Origin: a virus
Direction: 5' to 3' (one strand)
DNA: 39,123 nucleotides
IMG/VR virus record: IMGVR_UViG_3300027667_000001
Location: 1 to 39,123 of that record
Numbering within the stretch: the first letter of the stretch is position 1; the number at the start of each line of letters is the position of its first letter. The notes below the pieces were generated by a model. That model saw only the letters and a list, made by a program, of their open reading frames with translations, was not told where the DNA came from and made no database searches. Shown in pieces: positions 12,804 through 23,321 of the stretch. Position numbers and translations under genes: made by a program.

Positions 12804-14123
12804 TTAGGCGACTGTTTGAGAGAATTTCAGCATGATACCGTAAAAGTCATAAGCGGAGGTAGCGGAATTGTTCGCCGTTACTTCAATCACATATTTACTA
12901 TCGGCCGTATTATCAAATGCTGGCGTTGTGACGGCAATATTTGACGCATACGGATTAGCTTGTGTAGCCGTTGCAAGAGAGCCTGTAAGTGGAATAGAAG
13001 TTACAGAAACAGCAACGTTATTAGCATAAGCTACCCTATCTAGTGTTACGGTATGTGCGTCCATCGCGAGCGTTGCAATAGAATAAATCACATCGAAGCT
13101 ATCCAACCTAAATCCTTTAGAGGCAGCTGTTCTAATCATTGGCGTAATATCTATACCGATAATAGAGGTCTCATCGGCAGCCGTATGACGTTTAACGTAA
13201 TTAGCCTCAGCAATTCTAGTAGTTGTCCAAGTACCTGTACCAAAACTCAATACATCATTTATGCTAATAAACTCTTGAGTCGCTAAAATATTGGCGGTTC
13301 CCGTATCCAGTAAGAAATTAGCCGTTGCCGCTCCTGGGTCTGGAATAGAGACAACAGAGGATTGACCCATCACACTATTGCGAATCGTCGTATTGAAAGC
13401 ACCGCCAGCATTGAGCGCGGATATAATCAACGTACCATTTGCGGCCGTTGCAGGGAATGAAATAAAAGTACCTGCATTGCCACTAGAACCTGCCGTAATA
13501 TTTCCTGCTGCTACTGCCAATGAGCCGGTATTAATAGTTTGTACAGTGGCATTGTCACTTAACAAGAAATTACTAGCGGATTGTCCACCGTCAGGAATCG
13601 TGTAAGTACGTGCAGCCGCTTGAGAGGCATTTGTTATTTGTGTGACGGTATCGCCGGCACTATTTGCACCAACTAAACGCAAACTACCACGCGCTGCCGT
13701 TGCTGGGAAGCTGGCAAAATAACCCGCAGTACCAGAAAGTCCAGCTTGAATATTTCCGCCACTGATAGCAGTAGTTGGGTCTTCTGATAATGTACCCAGC
13801 GTGTCCGTATAAGTTGCAAGATGATTGGCAATAGTTGGTAAAATAACATCACCAGGGCCGGCGCTTGCTATTAATGACCAGTCACCATTTGCGTATGATA
13901 CAGATAACCACCCTACTTGCGTTGATTGGGCATTCGGTGAAGTTTTTGTAGTCACAAGAGCCATGTCAGAATCATTTAGTGGGGTATTGAATTTTTGGAC
14001 TATTCCATTCAAATATCCGGCTGTCGTAACTTCTGCTAGTGTGTCATTGGTTAAAATGTAAATGATTGCTGGGAAAACACCAGCTTGACCAACTTGATTT
14101 ACGCTTACGTTTAAAATAGGCAT
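12804..14123 (-). CDS. Fibre/receptor-binding-like structural protein with an internal ~80-aa tandem repeat
   Basis: GNIQAGLSGTAGYFASFPATAARGSL...IPDGGQSASNFLL is repeated as GNITAGSSGNAGTFISFPATAANGTL...IPDPGAATANFLL. It is the last large gene of the late operon. Confidence 0.55.
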   Translation of the reverse strand: MPILNVSVNQVGQAGVFPAIIYILTNDTLAEVTTAGYLNGIVQKFNTPLNDSDMALVTTKTSPNAQSTQVGWLSVSYANGDWSLIASAGPGDVILPTIANHLATYTDTLGTLSEDPTTAISGGNIQAGLSGTAGYFASFPATAARGSLRLVGANSAGDTVTQITNASQAAARTYTIPDGGQSASNFLLSDNATVQTINTGSLAVAAGNITAGSSGNAGTFISFPATAANGTLIISALNAGGAFNTTIRNSVMGQSSVVSIPDPGAATANFLLDTGTANILATQEFISINDVLSFGTGTWTTTRIAEANYVKRHTAADETSIIGIDITPMIRTAASKGFRLDSFDVIYSIATLAMDAHTVTLDRVAYANNVAVSVTSIPLTGSLATATQANPYASNIAVTTPAFDNTADSKYVIEVTANNSATSAYDFYGIMLKFSQTVA

Positions 14124-14164
14124 TGTTATATTCCCTTATAAAGTTGATTGATTGATTTTTAAAA

Positions 14165-14887
14165 TTAACGCACTCTTCTTGCTCCGATAAGTCCACATGC
14201 CGTAGCAGTTCCCGTTGCAAAAGATACGAGCGCTACCAAATAAACGGTAGTAGTTGAAGAAATACTTATTCGTTGAGGTACTATAGTAAATCCTGCGCTT
14301 GTCACAGTAGCTCCTATATTGGAATAAACAGAAAAATCAGGTAATGTTGCAGAAGTAGTATTTATCCCTACGGATACGGCTTGAGCAGCAACGCTTGCTA
14401 AAATACTAACGTGGCCGGTTACATCCCAATCTCCAGCAGTTAAACTGATGCTTGTTACATTTTTTGCCGTAGCTGTCGTAAGACTGGTGGCGGATGCAAA
14501 AAGAATCTGTGAAGAAATATACTCTCCAACATAACCTGCTGCTGCCGAATCATTTGTACTGGTTCCTTTAATAGCCGCTGTACCGGTTCCTTTTCCCTGT
14601 AAAGTCCAGCTAATGTTGCTATCTGAACCCGTAGCAATTAAAGATGGAAGACCACTCGCCGCTGCATTTGCAAGGGTTAAATAATTAACAGCACTTCCAG
14701 TTGGACTTAATGCTAGAAGCTCATTTCCATTTGAATCTATCAGACCATTGTTGCCACTAAATTTAAGGCTTGTCGCAGTAGCAACGCCGAGTACTGGCGT
14801 GATAAGTGTCGGCGACGTTGCGCCTACAAAGTTTCCTGTACCCGTTACACCTGATAACCCAACATTTACTGCATCATTTGTTGCCAT
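14165..14887 (-). CDS. Tail fibre-like protein A (N-terminal module shared with B)
   Basis: MATNDAVNVGLSGVTGTGNFVGATSPTLITPVLG. Composition is Gly/Thr/Ser/Ala-rich. Confidence 0.6.
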   Translation of the reverse strand: MATNDAVNVGLSGVTGTGNFVGATSPTLITPVLGVATATSLKFSGNNGLIDSNGNELLALSPTGSAVNYLTLANAAASGLPSLIATGSDSNISWTLQGKGTGTAAIKGTSTNDSAAAGYVGEYISSQILFASATSLTTATAKNVTSISLTAGDWDVTGHVSILASVAAQAVSVGINTTSATLPDFSVYSNIGATVTSAGFTIVPQRISISSTTTVYLVALVSFATGTATACGLIGARRVR

Positions 14888-14897
14888 AACTTAATCC

Positions 14898-15614
14898 CTA
14901 GTTGTATGTAATATTTCCTTGAGCGCCACCTAGTACAGTCCATGTGGTATTAGCTACAACGCATAAAATGGTTATGGAATCATATTGATTTGTAGATGCT
15001 AAAAATCCACTCACACCAGTTGTTGTCACTTGAGAACCTATGTGAATCAATTGAGAAGCATTTTGAGCTATTTGCCATCCACCAGCGCCTAATCCTTGTA
15101 CCTGAATAGTAGCGCCAACTGCTGCGGTAGTTGGAAGCGTTAGGGTAACTAATCCAGCATTATTGCTTATATAACCAGAATCAACAGCCATCGCTTGACT
15201 GGTTCCTGTTACAACTGTCCATGTACTTGTACCGCTGCTCGATGCAATAGTAATTGTACCGCCGCCATTCGTAATAGTTATACCAGAGCCAGCCGTTAAT
15301 GTTGCAGCAGTTGGTGTTCCTCCTGTATTACCAATGAGTAATTGTCCGTTTGTCATTGCTGCATACGAAACGACGCCACTTGAACTCACCACGATACTTG
15401 ATGAATTTGTTGGATTTAAAGCAAGAAATGTCGCAACACCTGTTCCCAATCCTGAAACACCCGTACTAATTGGAAGACCTGTACAATTAGTGAGTGTTCC
15501 GCTAGCTGGCGTTCCCAGTGCTGGCGTAATGAGTGTTGGTGATGTCGCTCCAACAAAATTTCCAGTTCCGGTTTGTCCACTTAAACTGGTATTAACCGCA
15601 TTATTTGTAGCCAT
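14898..15614 (-). CDS. Tail fibre-like protein B (N-terminal module of A, C-terminal module of C)
   Basis: MATNNAVNTSLSGQTGTGNFVGATSPTLITPALGTPASGTLTNCTGLP at the N-terminus. The C-terminal WTVVTGTSQAMAVDSGYISNN...GAGGWQI...TTWTVLGGAQGNITYN parallels C. Confidence 0.6.
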   Translation of the reverse strand: MATNNAVNTSLSGQTGTGNFVGATSPTLITPALGTPASGTLTNCTGLPISTGVSGLGTGVATFLALNPTNSSSIVVSSSGVVSYAAMTNGQLLIGNTGGTPTAATLTAGSGITITNGGGTITIASSSGTSTWTVVTGTSQAMAVDSGYISNNAGLVTLTLPTTAAVGATIQVQGLGAGGWQIAQNASQLIHIGSQVTTTGVSGFLASTNQYDSITILCVVANTTWTVLGGAQGNITYN

Positions 15615-15629
15615 TGTTATATCCCTATG

Positions 15630-16415
15630 TTATGAAACTGTAATATTTCCCTGTGGCGCAGAACCTATATGCCACTCACTATTTGCAACCGTACATATAA
15701 TATAAAGTGCATCATTTCTATTGGTTGATGATAAAGAACCGGCAGAACTTGTTGTAGAAGAACCAAGTACAATCGTTTGACCAAAACCGCATTGGATAAG
15801 CCAGCCACCTGCGCCTTTTCCGATGACAGACAACGCATCTCCAACATTACTTGTTGGTGGTAAATTTAATGTCACAAGACTAGCATTATTTGCAATATAA
15901 CCATTATTTACGGCCATATTTTGCGATATGCCAGTTACAACATTCCATGAAAACCCACCGCCACTACCCGAAGCTGAAATGGTAATTGAAGTACCTATAT
16001 TATTGATGGAAATATTAGTACCGGCTATTAACGTTGAAAATCCTAAAATTCCGCTTCCATTGGTATACATTAAAGTATTTGGCGTACCATCCGATGTAGG
16101 CCACCTTAAGCCATCTAAAACTAAACCGCCTGTGCCTTTTGGCGTAATAGCAATATCAATGTCGGTATCTGTTCCAGCCGCGGTTAATATTGGCGCATTG
16201 GTTGTTAATGCACTGACAAGCTTTAGATGATTAACGGCAAGTGCACCAGCCGTTGCATATTCAAAAAGATAGTTTCCGCTGCTATCTTTAATGCCGGCTC
16301 CTGGGAAATCAAATTGGAAATTCTTTGTAGGCTGACCTGTGCGAAGTCCAACTGGAGTATCCCCTACTTGCATTTCGCCGCCAACATCAAACTCAGAAAA
16401 CTTTACATCAGCCAT
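15630..16415 (-). CDS. Tail fibre-like protein C (C-terminal module shared with B)
   Basis: The C-terminal WNVVTGISQNMAVNNGYIANN...GAGGWLI...SEWHIGSAPQGNITVS parallels B. Confidence 0.6.
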   Translation of the reverse strand: MADVKFSEFDVGGEMQVGDTPVGLRTGQPTKNFQFDFPGAGIKDSSGNYLFEYATAGALAVNHLKLVSALTTNAPILTAAGTDTDIDIAITPKGTGGLVLDGLRWPTSDGTPNTLMYTNGSGILGFSTLIAGTNISINNIGTSITISASGSGGGFSWNVVTGISQNMAVNNGYIANNASLVTLNLPPTSNVGDALSVIGKGAGGWLIQCGFGQTIVLGSSTTSSAGSLSSTNRNDALYIICTVANSEWHIGSAPQGNITVS

Positions 16416-16440
16416 CCTATGGCTCCTTAATCCTTAAAGA

Positions 16441-16794
16441 TTAGTTGTTGGTTCCTACTGCATATAGAACAACGCTCACATTTGTAGTTGCGGTTGCTGT
16501 AAAAAAATGTAAAACATCGCCCGCCTTTACTTCACGGCATAAAGCATTGTTATCAGATACAAGCTCAGATGTCGTTGTGGCAAATGACGTACCCGCAGGA
16601 ACAGCAGCCGTTGCATTTAAAGCAACCCATACTAAATTCGCATTAACTTTTATGATAGCTTTGTACCTTTGAGCCGAGCCAGGAATCGTTAATGTCGTGT
16701 CAGTCGTTGCAGCAAGAGCCGCGCTATATTTTAAATCAGCAAAAAGAAGCCCAAAATCATCTACTGGCTGTTGTGAGGTATATGGCTTGATCAT
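16441..16794 (-). CDS. Hypothetical virion/fibre-associated protein (117 aa)
   Basis: ORF track. Its position between fibre genes is the only evidence. Confidence 0.5.
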   Translation of the reverse strand: MIKPYTSQQPVDDFGLLFADLKYSAALAATTDTTLTIPGSAQRYKAIIKVNANLVWVALNATAAVPAGTSFATTTSELVSDNNALCREVKAGDVLHFFTATATTNVSVVLYAVGTNN

Positions 16795-16815
16795 AAAAAT
16801 CCCTTTATTAATAAG

Positions 16816-18999
16816 TTAAACAATTCCAAGGCGTGCATCGGCGACAAAGTGAAAATATATGCCTGCATCAGCGCTTGTTGTATATTGGACTACATTTGAG
16901 CCAAGAATTGCTACGGATAAGTCTACAGGTTGAAAAAGTGCCTGTGTTTGTCCACTGGTAGTTTGTGTCCAATTAGTGAGCGCGGCATTCCCTGAATTGG
17001 CAAGCGCATTAGTATGAAATACTTGAACAAATACACTTCCTAAAGTTCCATCGGCTGCATAAACAGAAGGATTAACAGGGATTCTTTTTCTGGTATTATA
17101 AATAATAGAAAAATTTAATGGCGTAGCGCCATAAATACTAGGCGTAAAAGTAGGATTCATGGCCTTATAAAGTAATCCATTATTTGATACTGCGCCAGCA
17201 TATATCCCTAAATCATAACTTTTTTCATAATAGTATTGGCATTCACTTAAAACTTCCTCAGTACTTTTCGGTGCAGGTCTTGCAGGAATTTGGCTTGGTA
17301 TTAATGATATGGAATTAATCGTAATGACCGTTGAGGCATCGGCATAGGCAAATGTAACGACCATTGCAAATTTGTCAGTATTTCCTATTTGCGTACTGTC
17401 TACGAGTTCCCATCCCGTAAATCCCATATCATTATCTTCATTATTAATAGCTGAATTCGTCGCAATTGTCGGCAATATAGCTGTTGCCGTATCAAGTCCG
17501 CCCCTTGGTATCTCTGTCCATCCGGCAGCCGCAACGGTAAATACCCCGCTGGTTGCAACAGTTCCTATAGAAGTTGGTAGTGTTGGTATGGTTGAGGTTG
17601 AAGGCGCTCTGAATAAATAAACACGCATGGTTACATCGTCAGATACACTCGTTACATACCCAAAAACATTAACCGATAAAGGCGTGCCCAATATCTTTTT
17701 GGCATCATACCCTGATAGATATTGCATCAAATAAAACGCATCGTTCGTACCAGCCGTTGTTAATGCAAGTCCTCCCGTTACCGCATCTTTTGCATAGGCT
17801 ACCGCGCCGCTGGCTCCTCGAAGCGCAATAGTTTGATCGCAAATGTAGGCAGCGGTTGCGCCAATATTCCCGCTGGCTGCAAACTGAAAAGGATTTAATG
17901 TAAAATCCCAAGCAGTTAATAAACTTGCCGATGGCCGACTATTTAATCTGGGAATATAATAGTCTCCCATAAAAGCCTGCTCGCGATTCGATGAGTTTAA
18001 GTCGTATTGTAAGAAATTACCGCCTGCCTCATCCAAGGTTGGAACGACTTGAATACTGCTAATTCTGACGTGTGAACTTGGATTAAAAGACAAATAAATA
18101 TCAATGTAGCCTTCATTGCCTAAATCCGTATTGGTAGAAGCTGGAACCGCCGAAGCCGTTACCCCTGTTAGCAATTGATAACCTGCATTATCAAAAGCTG
18201 CATCAACAATCGTAACGGGCAATCCGCCGCTAGATTCCACGTAGAACATCTGAATGCCCGTGGTGCCTGCGCCTTCATTTCGTGCAATCAAGGTGCCTGC
18301 TAAAAATATGGGTTCATCAGCTGTACTTGCCCAAAGACCTGAATTGACATTAAGCCGTTGTCTTAATTTACAATCTGTAATACCGCCAGATAAGGTCACA
18401 TCCAAAACATAAGGCGGACTTGTAGCCACATTATCATTGCCAGCTATGGCAATGCGTTCAATGGTTACGGTACCGGTGCCGCTAATCACAAAATCCCAAT
18501 TCGGTGCAAAAGCAAATACCTGATTGGTAGCCGCACTTACTGTATAAACAGTTGATTGATTTTCGTTAATAAAAACTTGTGTAAATTGCACATTGGATAA
18601 CTGATTTTGAATAGGGAAATCAGTATTTGTAGGATTATCGGCAGCCGTTAGATTAGGCCATGCTTCTCTTGTAAACTGTTCAACGCCGTTGCTATCACGG
18701 CATACGATATAATAAAGGTCAAGGTTTCCTTCATCATCGTAAGGAAAATAATAAATAACTTCATTATCACCACCTGCATTTTGTACTGTACCGACAGAAC
18801 TTAATGTAATGGGGTCAGGTAAAGCTGTGTAGGTGTAATTGGGAGGCGCGCCACTTAATTGAAAAACTGTTTTAGGCGTTGTTCTGGAAACATCTCGATA
18901 AAAGGTTAAGGTTCCACCAGCTAAAGGAAGTCCGCTATCCTTATCGACAAAGTATTCTTCCAAATCTGCTGTTACAAAATAGCGTTCGTCCAATGACAT
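16816..18999 (-). CDS. Large tail spike/fibre-like structural protein (727 aa)
   Basis: By size and by position directly after the ejection-protein genes, which is the P22 tailspike slot. No catalytic motif was recognised. Confidence 0.5.
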   Translation of the reverse strand: MSLDERYFVTADLEEYFVDKDSGLPLAGGTLTFYRDVSRTTPKTVFQLSGAPPNYTYTALPDPITLSSVGTVQNAGGDNEVIYYFPYDDEGNLDLYYIVCRDSNGVEQFTREAWPNLTAADNPTNTDFPIQNQLSNVQFTQVFINENQSTVYTVSAATNQVFAFAPNWDFVISGTGTVTIERIAIAGNDNVATSPPYVLDVTLSGGITDCKLRQRLNVNSGLWASTADEPIFLAGTLIARNEGAGTTGIQMFYVESSGGLPVTIVDAAFDNAGYQLLTGVTASAVPASTNTDLGNEGYIDIYLSFNPSSHVRISSIQVVPTLDEAGGNFLQYDLNSSNREQAFMGDYYIPRLNSRPSASLLTAWDFTLNPFQFAASGNIGATAAYICDQTIALRGASGAVAYAKDAVTGGLALTTAGTNDAFYLMQYLSGYDAKKILGTPLSVNVFGYVTSVSDDVTMRVYLFRAPSTSTIPTLPTSIGTVATSGVFTVAAAGWTEIPRGGLDTATAILPTIATNSAINNEDNDMGFTGWELVDSTQIGNTDKFAMVVTFAYADASTVITINSISLIPSQIPARPAPKSTEEVLSECQYYYEKSYDLGIYAGAVSNNGLLYKAMNPTFTPSIYGATPLNFSIIYNTRKRIPVNPSVYAADGTLGSVFVQVFHTNALANSGNAALTNWTQTTSGQTQALFQPVDLSVAILGSNVVQYTTSADAGIYFHFVADARLGIV

Positions 19000-19113
19000 A
19001 TCAAATCCCTTGATAATTACAGCGTTAAATAGTGTATAATAACTTCATGTTTACAGTAATAGCTTTATCTTTTCTTGGCATGTTTTTATTTAACTGGATA
19101 TTTCGCAGTTAAA

Positions 19114-21150
19114 TTATTGTGCTATTGCCTGACCACCAGCTTTCCCAAGAAGATTATGGAAAGCCGATACAAGATTTTCTTTATCTGTGACTTCACCTAG
19201 TTTATTCAATTCCTCTGTCCAACGAGGACTTGTAATTAACCTGACGGCTGCTTTATCATATTTTCCACCTGACATTAATTCCTGCCAATATTCCATCATT
19301 TTAGTGATACTCGCTCGTGGCTTTGACATACTGGTACGCGATAAGGCTTCCGCAGTTTTTGAAGTAGGTACATTAATCAAACGACCAAATATTTTTTTCA
19401 TATACTCAAGTCGTTTGGATGCGGCCTCATTCCCAGAAAGCGCTTCCTTAAATTGTTTAAATTTAGTGTCATTAGCAAGTATTTGATTGTAAAAATTGTT
19501 TCCTGTGACTTCTTTGGTTTTTCCTAATCCCATCAAACGTTCCATTTCATTTCGGACAATGTTATTCCAAGCATCAGGATTATGTTTTTGTACGGTATCT
19601 TTAATTTTCCTTAAAACGGATAAATCGGTTTGTGCAGGGTCAAAAATATTACGTGATATATTTTTTAATCCGGTATCTTCCGTACGGGAAATTTGCCCGA
19701 TTTGGCTTGCTTCTAACTTTTCAATGGGTTTTGAATGGGCTTCAAATGTATTTCTAGCTTTTTCATAATCTTGATCAACTTGCGCTATTTTATCTATTAA
19801 ATGGTTTTTAGATTCAGTTAGAACACGAGCACCGTTGTTATCTCCATTTTTTAAAGCGGCTTCTATTTTTTCATCTATTTTGTGTTTCGCATAATCCAAT
19901 ACTTTAAGGCTATTTTTAGGTAATCCTTTTAATTCACCTTCTTTTTGATATTTAGGATCGGCCATCGCATCTCGAATAGCATTTTTAATCGTCGCATCCG
20001 AATTTTCCAAATTAGTAACCCAGTTAGGAGCTATTCTTTTCTCATGGGCTTTTTTATAAAAAGGTTCTGCGGCAGTCGCTCTTTCTTGTTTTAGTCGTTC
20101 TATTTCTTTTTGTGCAGAATCTCGGACAGCGCTTGAAGCAATTTTAGGAGATTCTGTAATTTCCTTGTATAAAGCATCAATACTAGTTTTTTCTGATGCA
20201 AGGCGCTTTTGGCCAGCTTCATAAAGTTCTTTTGCACCGCCCTCTGTTTTGCCTCTATTGCCTTGGGCGGCTCCTAATGATGGATATCCTAATGTCTCGG
20301 CAGGACTTAAATGCGTAAGGCCTAATTCACTAGCTGCTCCTTGCATTTCTGAAATCTTAGGATAATCAGCGGGTGTTATTCCTTTGAACATATCTTCTCT
20401 TACACGTCTTTCGGTACTGCCCCCTTTTCCTCCTAAAGCCGCGCCTAAGAAAAGTGCTAAATCTGCCGCTGGCTCAGGTGCACCTACAGATTTTGCGCCA
20501 TAGTAACCTAGTCCACCTGCTCCTACTGCGCCTAATGCACGAGAGATATTACGAATTGTAGGATTTCCTGACCTGATAGCCTCTGACAAAGCAGAAAAAG
20601 GTGCCGCAATACTCCCCGCTTCAAGTGCGGCTTTTCCTTGGTTTTCTGGCGATTGGCTAGCTGCAAATGCACCTTGTGATATGGCATTGCCAAGACCTGT
20701 TTTTAAATATTTACCCCAAGCCGGTAGTTTTTCCAATATATCACCGACTTTTCCAAGCCTGGTCTCAGGAAGCGCGAGCGATACACCAATTTCAGGCGCA
20801 AATTGTATTAATTTGTCAGCTAAGTTCTTTTGCTCTTCGGGAATGCCTAGCATTTCCGAAAAGTCCGTTGATTCCTGTTTTGGAAGATTTCCGCCTATTT
20901 TATTAATCAATCCAATCGCAAGATTACCGGCCGCTGTTCCTCCGCGAGACCCTAAGTTTAATAATCCTGCTACTGGGTCTTTGATGCCATAGCGAACTGC
21001 GGCATCATGTGCTGTTTCGGATTCTGATTTTTGAGATGTAGCAGCTTTAGTGGGCGGAAATTCTTTTGCTACAACGGATTCAATCTCCGATTCTGACATG
21101 TCATCAGGAAATTCGGCTATTTCTCCATTTGGAAGTTCATAATTTTTCAT
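19114..21150 (-). CDS. Internal virion/ejection protein (P22 gp16-sized slot)
   Basis: Third of three consecutive coupled genes after the hub. The N-terminal YELPNGEIAEFPDDMSESEIESV motif is common in podophage internal proteins. Confidence 0.5.
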   Translation of the reverse strand: MKNYELPNGEIAEFPDDMSESEIESVVAKEFPPTKAATSQKSESETAHDAAVRYGIKDPVAGLLNLGSRGGTAAGNLAIGLINKIGGNLPKQESTDFSEMLGIPEEQKNLADKLIQFAPEIGVSLALPETRLGKVGDILEKLPAWGKYLKTGLGNAISQGAFAASQSPENQGKAALEAGSIAAPFSALSEAIRSGNPTIRNISRALGAVGAGGLGYYGAKSVGAPEPAADLALFLGAALGGKGGSTERRVREDMFKGITPADYPKISEMQGAASELGLTHLSPAETLGYPSLGAAQGNRGKTEGGAKELYEAGQKRLASEKTSIDALYKEITESPKIASSAVRDSAQKEIERLKQERATAAEPFYKKAHEKRIAPNWVTNLENSDATIKNAIRDAMADPKYQKEGELKGLPKNSLKVLDYAKHKIDEKIEAALKNGDNNGARVLTESKNHLIDKIAQVDQDYEKARNTFEAHSKPIEKLEASQIGQISRTEDTGLKNISRNIFDPAQTDLSVLRKIKDTVQKHNPDAWNNIVRNEMERLMGLGKTKEVTGNNFYNQILANDTKFKQFKEALSGNEAASKRLEYMKKIFGRLINVPTSKTAEALSRTSMSKPRASITKMMEYWQELMSGGKYDKAAVRLITSPRWTEELNKLGEVTDKENLVSAFHNLLGKAGGQAIAQ

Positions 21151-22343
21151 TTTATGACCTCAAATTTTCCTGTTTCTCGATTAAATCTTTTAGTCGCTTT
21201 TTTAGTGGTCTCCGCGTTTTCTGAAGGTTTTCCTAATCCTGAACCACCTTGTATACTCTTATTGAAAATACCGGATGCTTCATTAATCCATTGATTTAAG
21301 TATTTATCCATTGCTAGGTATGCTTCTGGCGATACAGTACTTTCCATTACTTTAAGATTTGCTAATGCTTTATCTTGAAATTCTCGTATAGCTTCAATAC
21401 CAACTTGCCCTTGTTGTGCTCTTGTTCTAAGTGCAGCAATATCAGGTTGTAATGCTCGGGCTGCTAATATTTTCCCTTGTTCATCGGGTGACATTTTTCC
21501 AGATATTGCCCCCCATAATTGAACTGGAGAATATCCAGCAAATTTACGACTTACTTTACTCATAGGTTCTGCAACTTTACTTTCAAGATAAGTTATTTCC
21601 TTCGTAAAGGCTTGTCGATTAGCTAAATTCGTAATGGATTGAGTAGTTAACGCATAATTAGGTGTTACATCACCTAAATTAACACCTTTCTTAGTAGCTA
21701 AAGTTTCTAATGTTTCGCCATTTGAAAGTTCTTTTGCGGCTGCATCAGGCGTATAACCCATACCAACTGCATAGGCTACAACTCGTCTTTTATCATCTGC
21801 ATTAAGTGCTCTAAACATACCACTATTAATAAGTTGCTTTTGTCTATCTGATGTCGCTTGCGTATGCGCCAAATCTGCTTCATACGATGCTCTAGCGTCT
21901 TTATATTCAGGACTATTTTCGCCATATTTTGCTTTTATCATATTGGTATATAAAGCTTGTCCTACTGCGCCAGGCGGGATATTTCCAGCAAATGGTAACT
22001 TCAATTCTTCTTTTATCTTATCAATATTGGCTTGATGTAAGGCGCGTCCCATTGCAGCAGTTGACATTTCTGAACCAAATCGCTGCGGTTCTTCCTGAAC
22101 TTTAAACTTGCTTAAAGCATTTTCCAATTGTCTACCCTGAGACTCTTCCCCAAATTTTTGCGGCTGTTCTTCAACCAAAAGCTTTTGCATAGCATTAGCA
22201 AGCTCTTCTTTTTGCCGTTGCCTTTCCATTTGTTGCGGCAATTGACCGGCTTTATAGCCGGTTGATAAATTCTCAACCAAATTCCTAAAAAAAGGATTGC
22301 CTTGAGGCTCTATATTTGCAAAATCTATGGGTTTAAATGGCAT
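21147..22343 (-). CDS. Internal virion/ejection protein (P22 gp20 slot)
   Basis: By position. The sequence is Q/E/K-rich and helical. Its stop overlaps the next gene's start by 4 nt. Confidence 0.45.
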   Translation of the reverse strand: MPFKPIDFANIEPQGNPFFRNLVENLSTGYKAGQLPQQMERQRQKEELANAMQKLLVEEQPQKFGEESQGRQLENALSKFKVQEEPQRFGSEMSTAAMGRALHQANIDKIKEELKLPFAGNIPPGAVGQALYTNMIKAKYGENSPEYKDARASYEADLAHTQATSDRQKQLINSGMFRALNADDKRRVVAYAVGMGYTPDAAAKELSNGETLETLATKKGVNLGDVTPNYALTTQSITNLANRQAFTKEITYLESKVAEPMSKVSRKFAGYSPVQLWGAISGKMSPDEQGKILAARALQPDIAALRTRAQQGQVGIEAIREFQDKALANLKVMESTVSPEAYLAMDKYLNQWINEASGIFNKSIQGGSGLGKPSENAETTKKATKRFNRETGKFEVIK

Positions 22344-22353
22344 CTCTTATCCC

Positions 22354-22983
22354 TTAAAAAAACTTATTGGCTATCTTGCCGCCTATGGTGCCGCCGCCTG
22401 GCAATCCAAATCCAGCTACTCCTCCCAATGCTTGAATAAGGCCAGAGAGTAAATCGCTTTGACTTTTATTTTGATTGGCTTGACCTTGGAAGGCTAAACC
22501 CGCTTGCGTTCCCAATACATTTGATAAATCACCTGTCAGACCTTGTGTTGCGCTAAATCCAGTATCAAATATATGACTCAATCCACCCATTCCATCTTTT
22601 TGAATACCTAATACATTATTAAGCCATTGCTGCATATCATCGCCCAAAAGCGAATCAGCAATGCGTGATTCATTGGTTATATCGTTAAGACTGCCTCGCA
22701 TACCAGCAGCCGCCGCCGTATTGCCAGCCGATTTTTGTGCTTCTCCCAAGCTTAATTGATAGGATTTTGAAGGTTGATAGTTTTTCATTATTCCTTCAAG
22801 AAATGCTGCAGGGTCTTTCCCCATTTGCGTATATTCAGGATTTAAGGTGTTGTAGGCTTCATTTCCATGAGAAATATAAGGGTCATATGCCTGATGCTCC
22901 ATGCCAGGTATCTGATTCAAATATGGCATTGCCGCATCTGCCGGATTTTTACCACCCTTAAAAAAGTCGCTTAACCAACTCAT
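22354..22983 (-). CDS. Gly-rich internal virion/ejection protein (P22 gp7 slot)
   Basis: By position and composition, with a Gly-rich C-terminus (GGVAGFGLPGGGTIGG). Confidence 0.45.
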   Translation of the reverse strand: MSWLSDFFKGGKNPADAAMPYLNQIPGMEHQAYDPYISHGNEAYNTLNPEYTQMGKDPAAFLEGIMKNYQPSKSYQLSLGEAQKSAGNTAAAAGMRGSLNDITNESRIADSLLGDDMQQWLNNVLGIQKDGMGGLSHIFDTGFSATQGLTGDLSNVLGTQAGLAFQGQANQNKSQSDLLSGLIQALGGVAGFGLPGGGTIGGKIANKFF

Positions 22984-22994
22984 AATGTATCTCC

Positions 22995-23321
22995 CTATAC
23001 GCTTGTGATTGTTTCAATGACGCCAGAAGCCGTTTTCACCTGCAATTTTGCAAGATTGGTATTAAACCAAACTGTGCCATTTGCAGCATTAGGCTCTAAT
23101 GCAGTTATTTCAACGGTAGTCTTTTGTGGAAATTGGACGCCATTATTGACAATCGTATTATTAATAATAGCACTATTTACCAAGCCATTTAACAATATAA
23201 CGGCTAAATTTAATGCTTGAAATGTCTGGTCATTATAAAGGTAGGAGTCTGCTGTCATTCTTCCATTAGCAGGTACGGTATATTGCATATCATAAAAACT
23301 TGGAAGCGTAGGAATTGTCAT
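22995..23321 (-). CDS. Small tail-associated protein (108 aa from the coupled ATG)
   Basis: The ORF track gives 22995..23420. The ATG at 23321 overlaps the hub gene stop (ATGA). Confidence 0.45.
   Translation of the reverse strand: MTIPTLPSFYDMQYTVPANGRMTADSYLYNDQTFQALNLAVILLNGLVNSAIINNTIVNNGVQFPQKTTVEITALEPNAANGTVWFNTNLAKLQVKTASGVIETITSV

Noticed and set aside
12804-16415. Possible diversity-generating retroelement acting on the fibre paralogues
   Set aside because: There is no reverse transcriptase gene anywhere in the genome. The paralogues differ at all base types rather than only at adenine-templated positions, and there is no template/variable repeat pair at the DNA level.
12563-18000. 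Numerous 60-123-aa ORFs on the opposite or alternative frame inside the fibre genes (for example 13053-13286, 13378-13605, 13825-14061, 14455-14637, 15334-15705, 15928-16230, 16445-16672, 17372-17620)
   Set aside because: They lie entirely within longer ORFs that have coherent paralogue and repeat structure. They are typical shadow ORFs of Gly/Ala/Thr-rich coding sequence.
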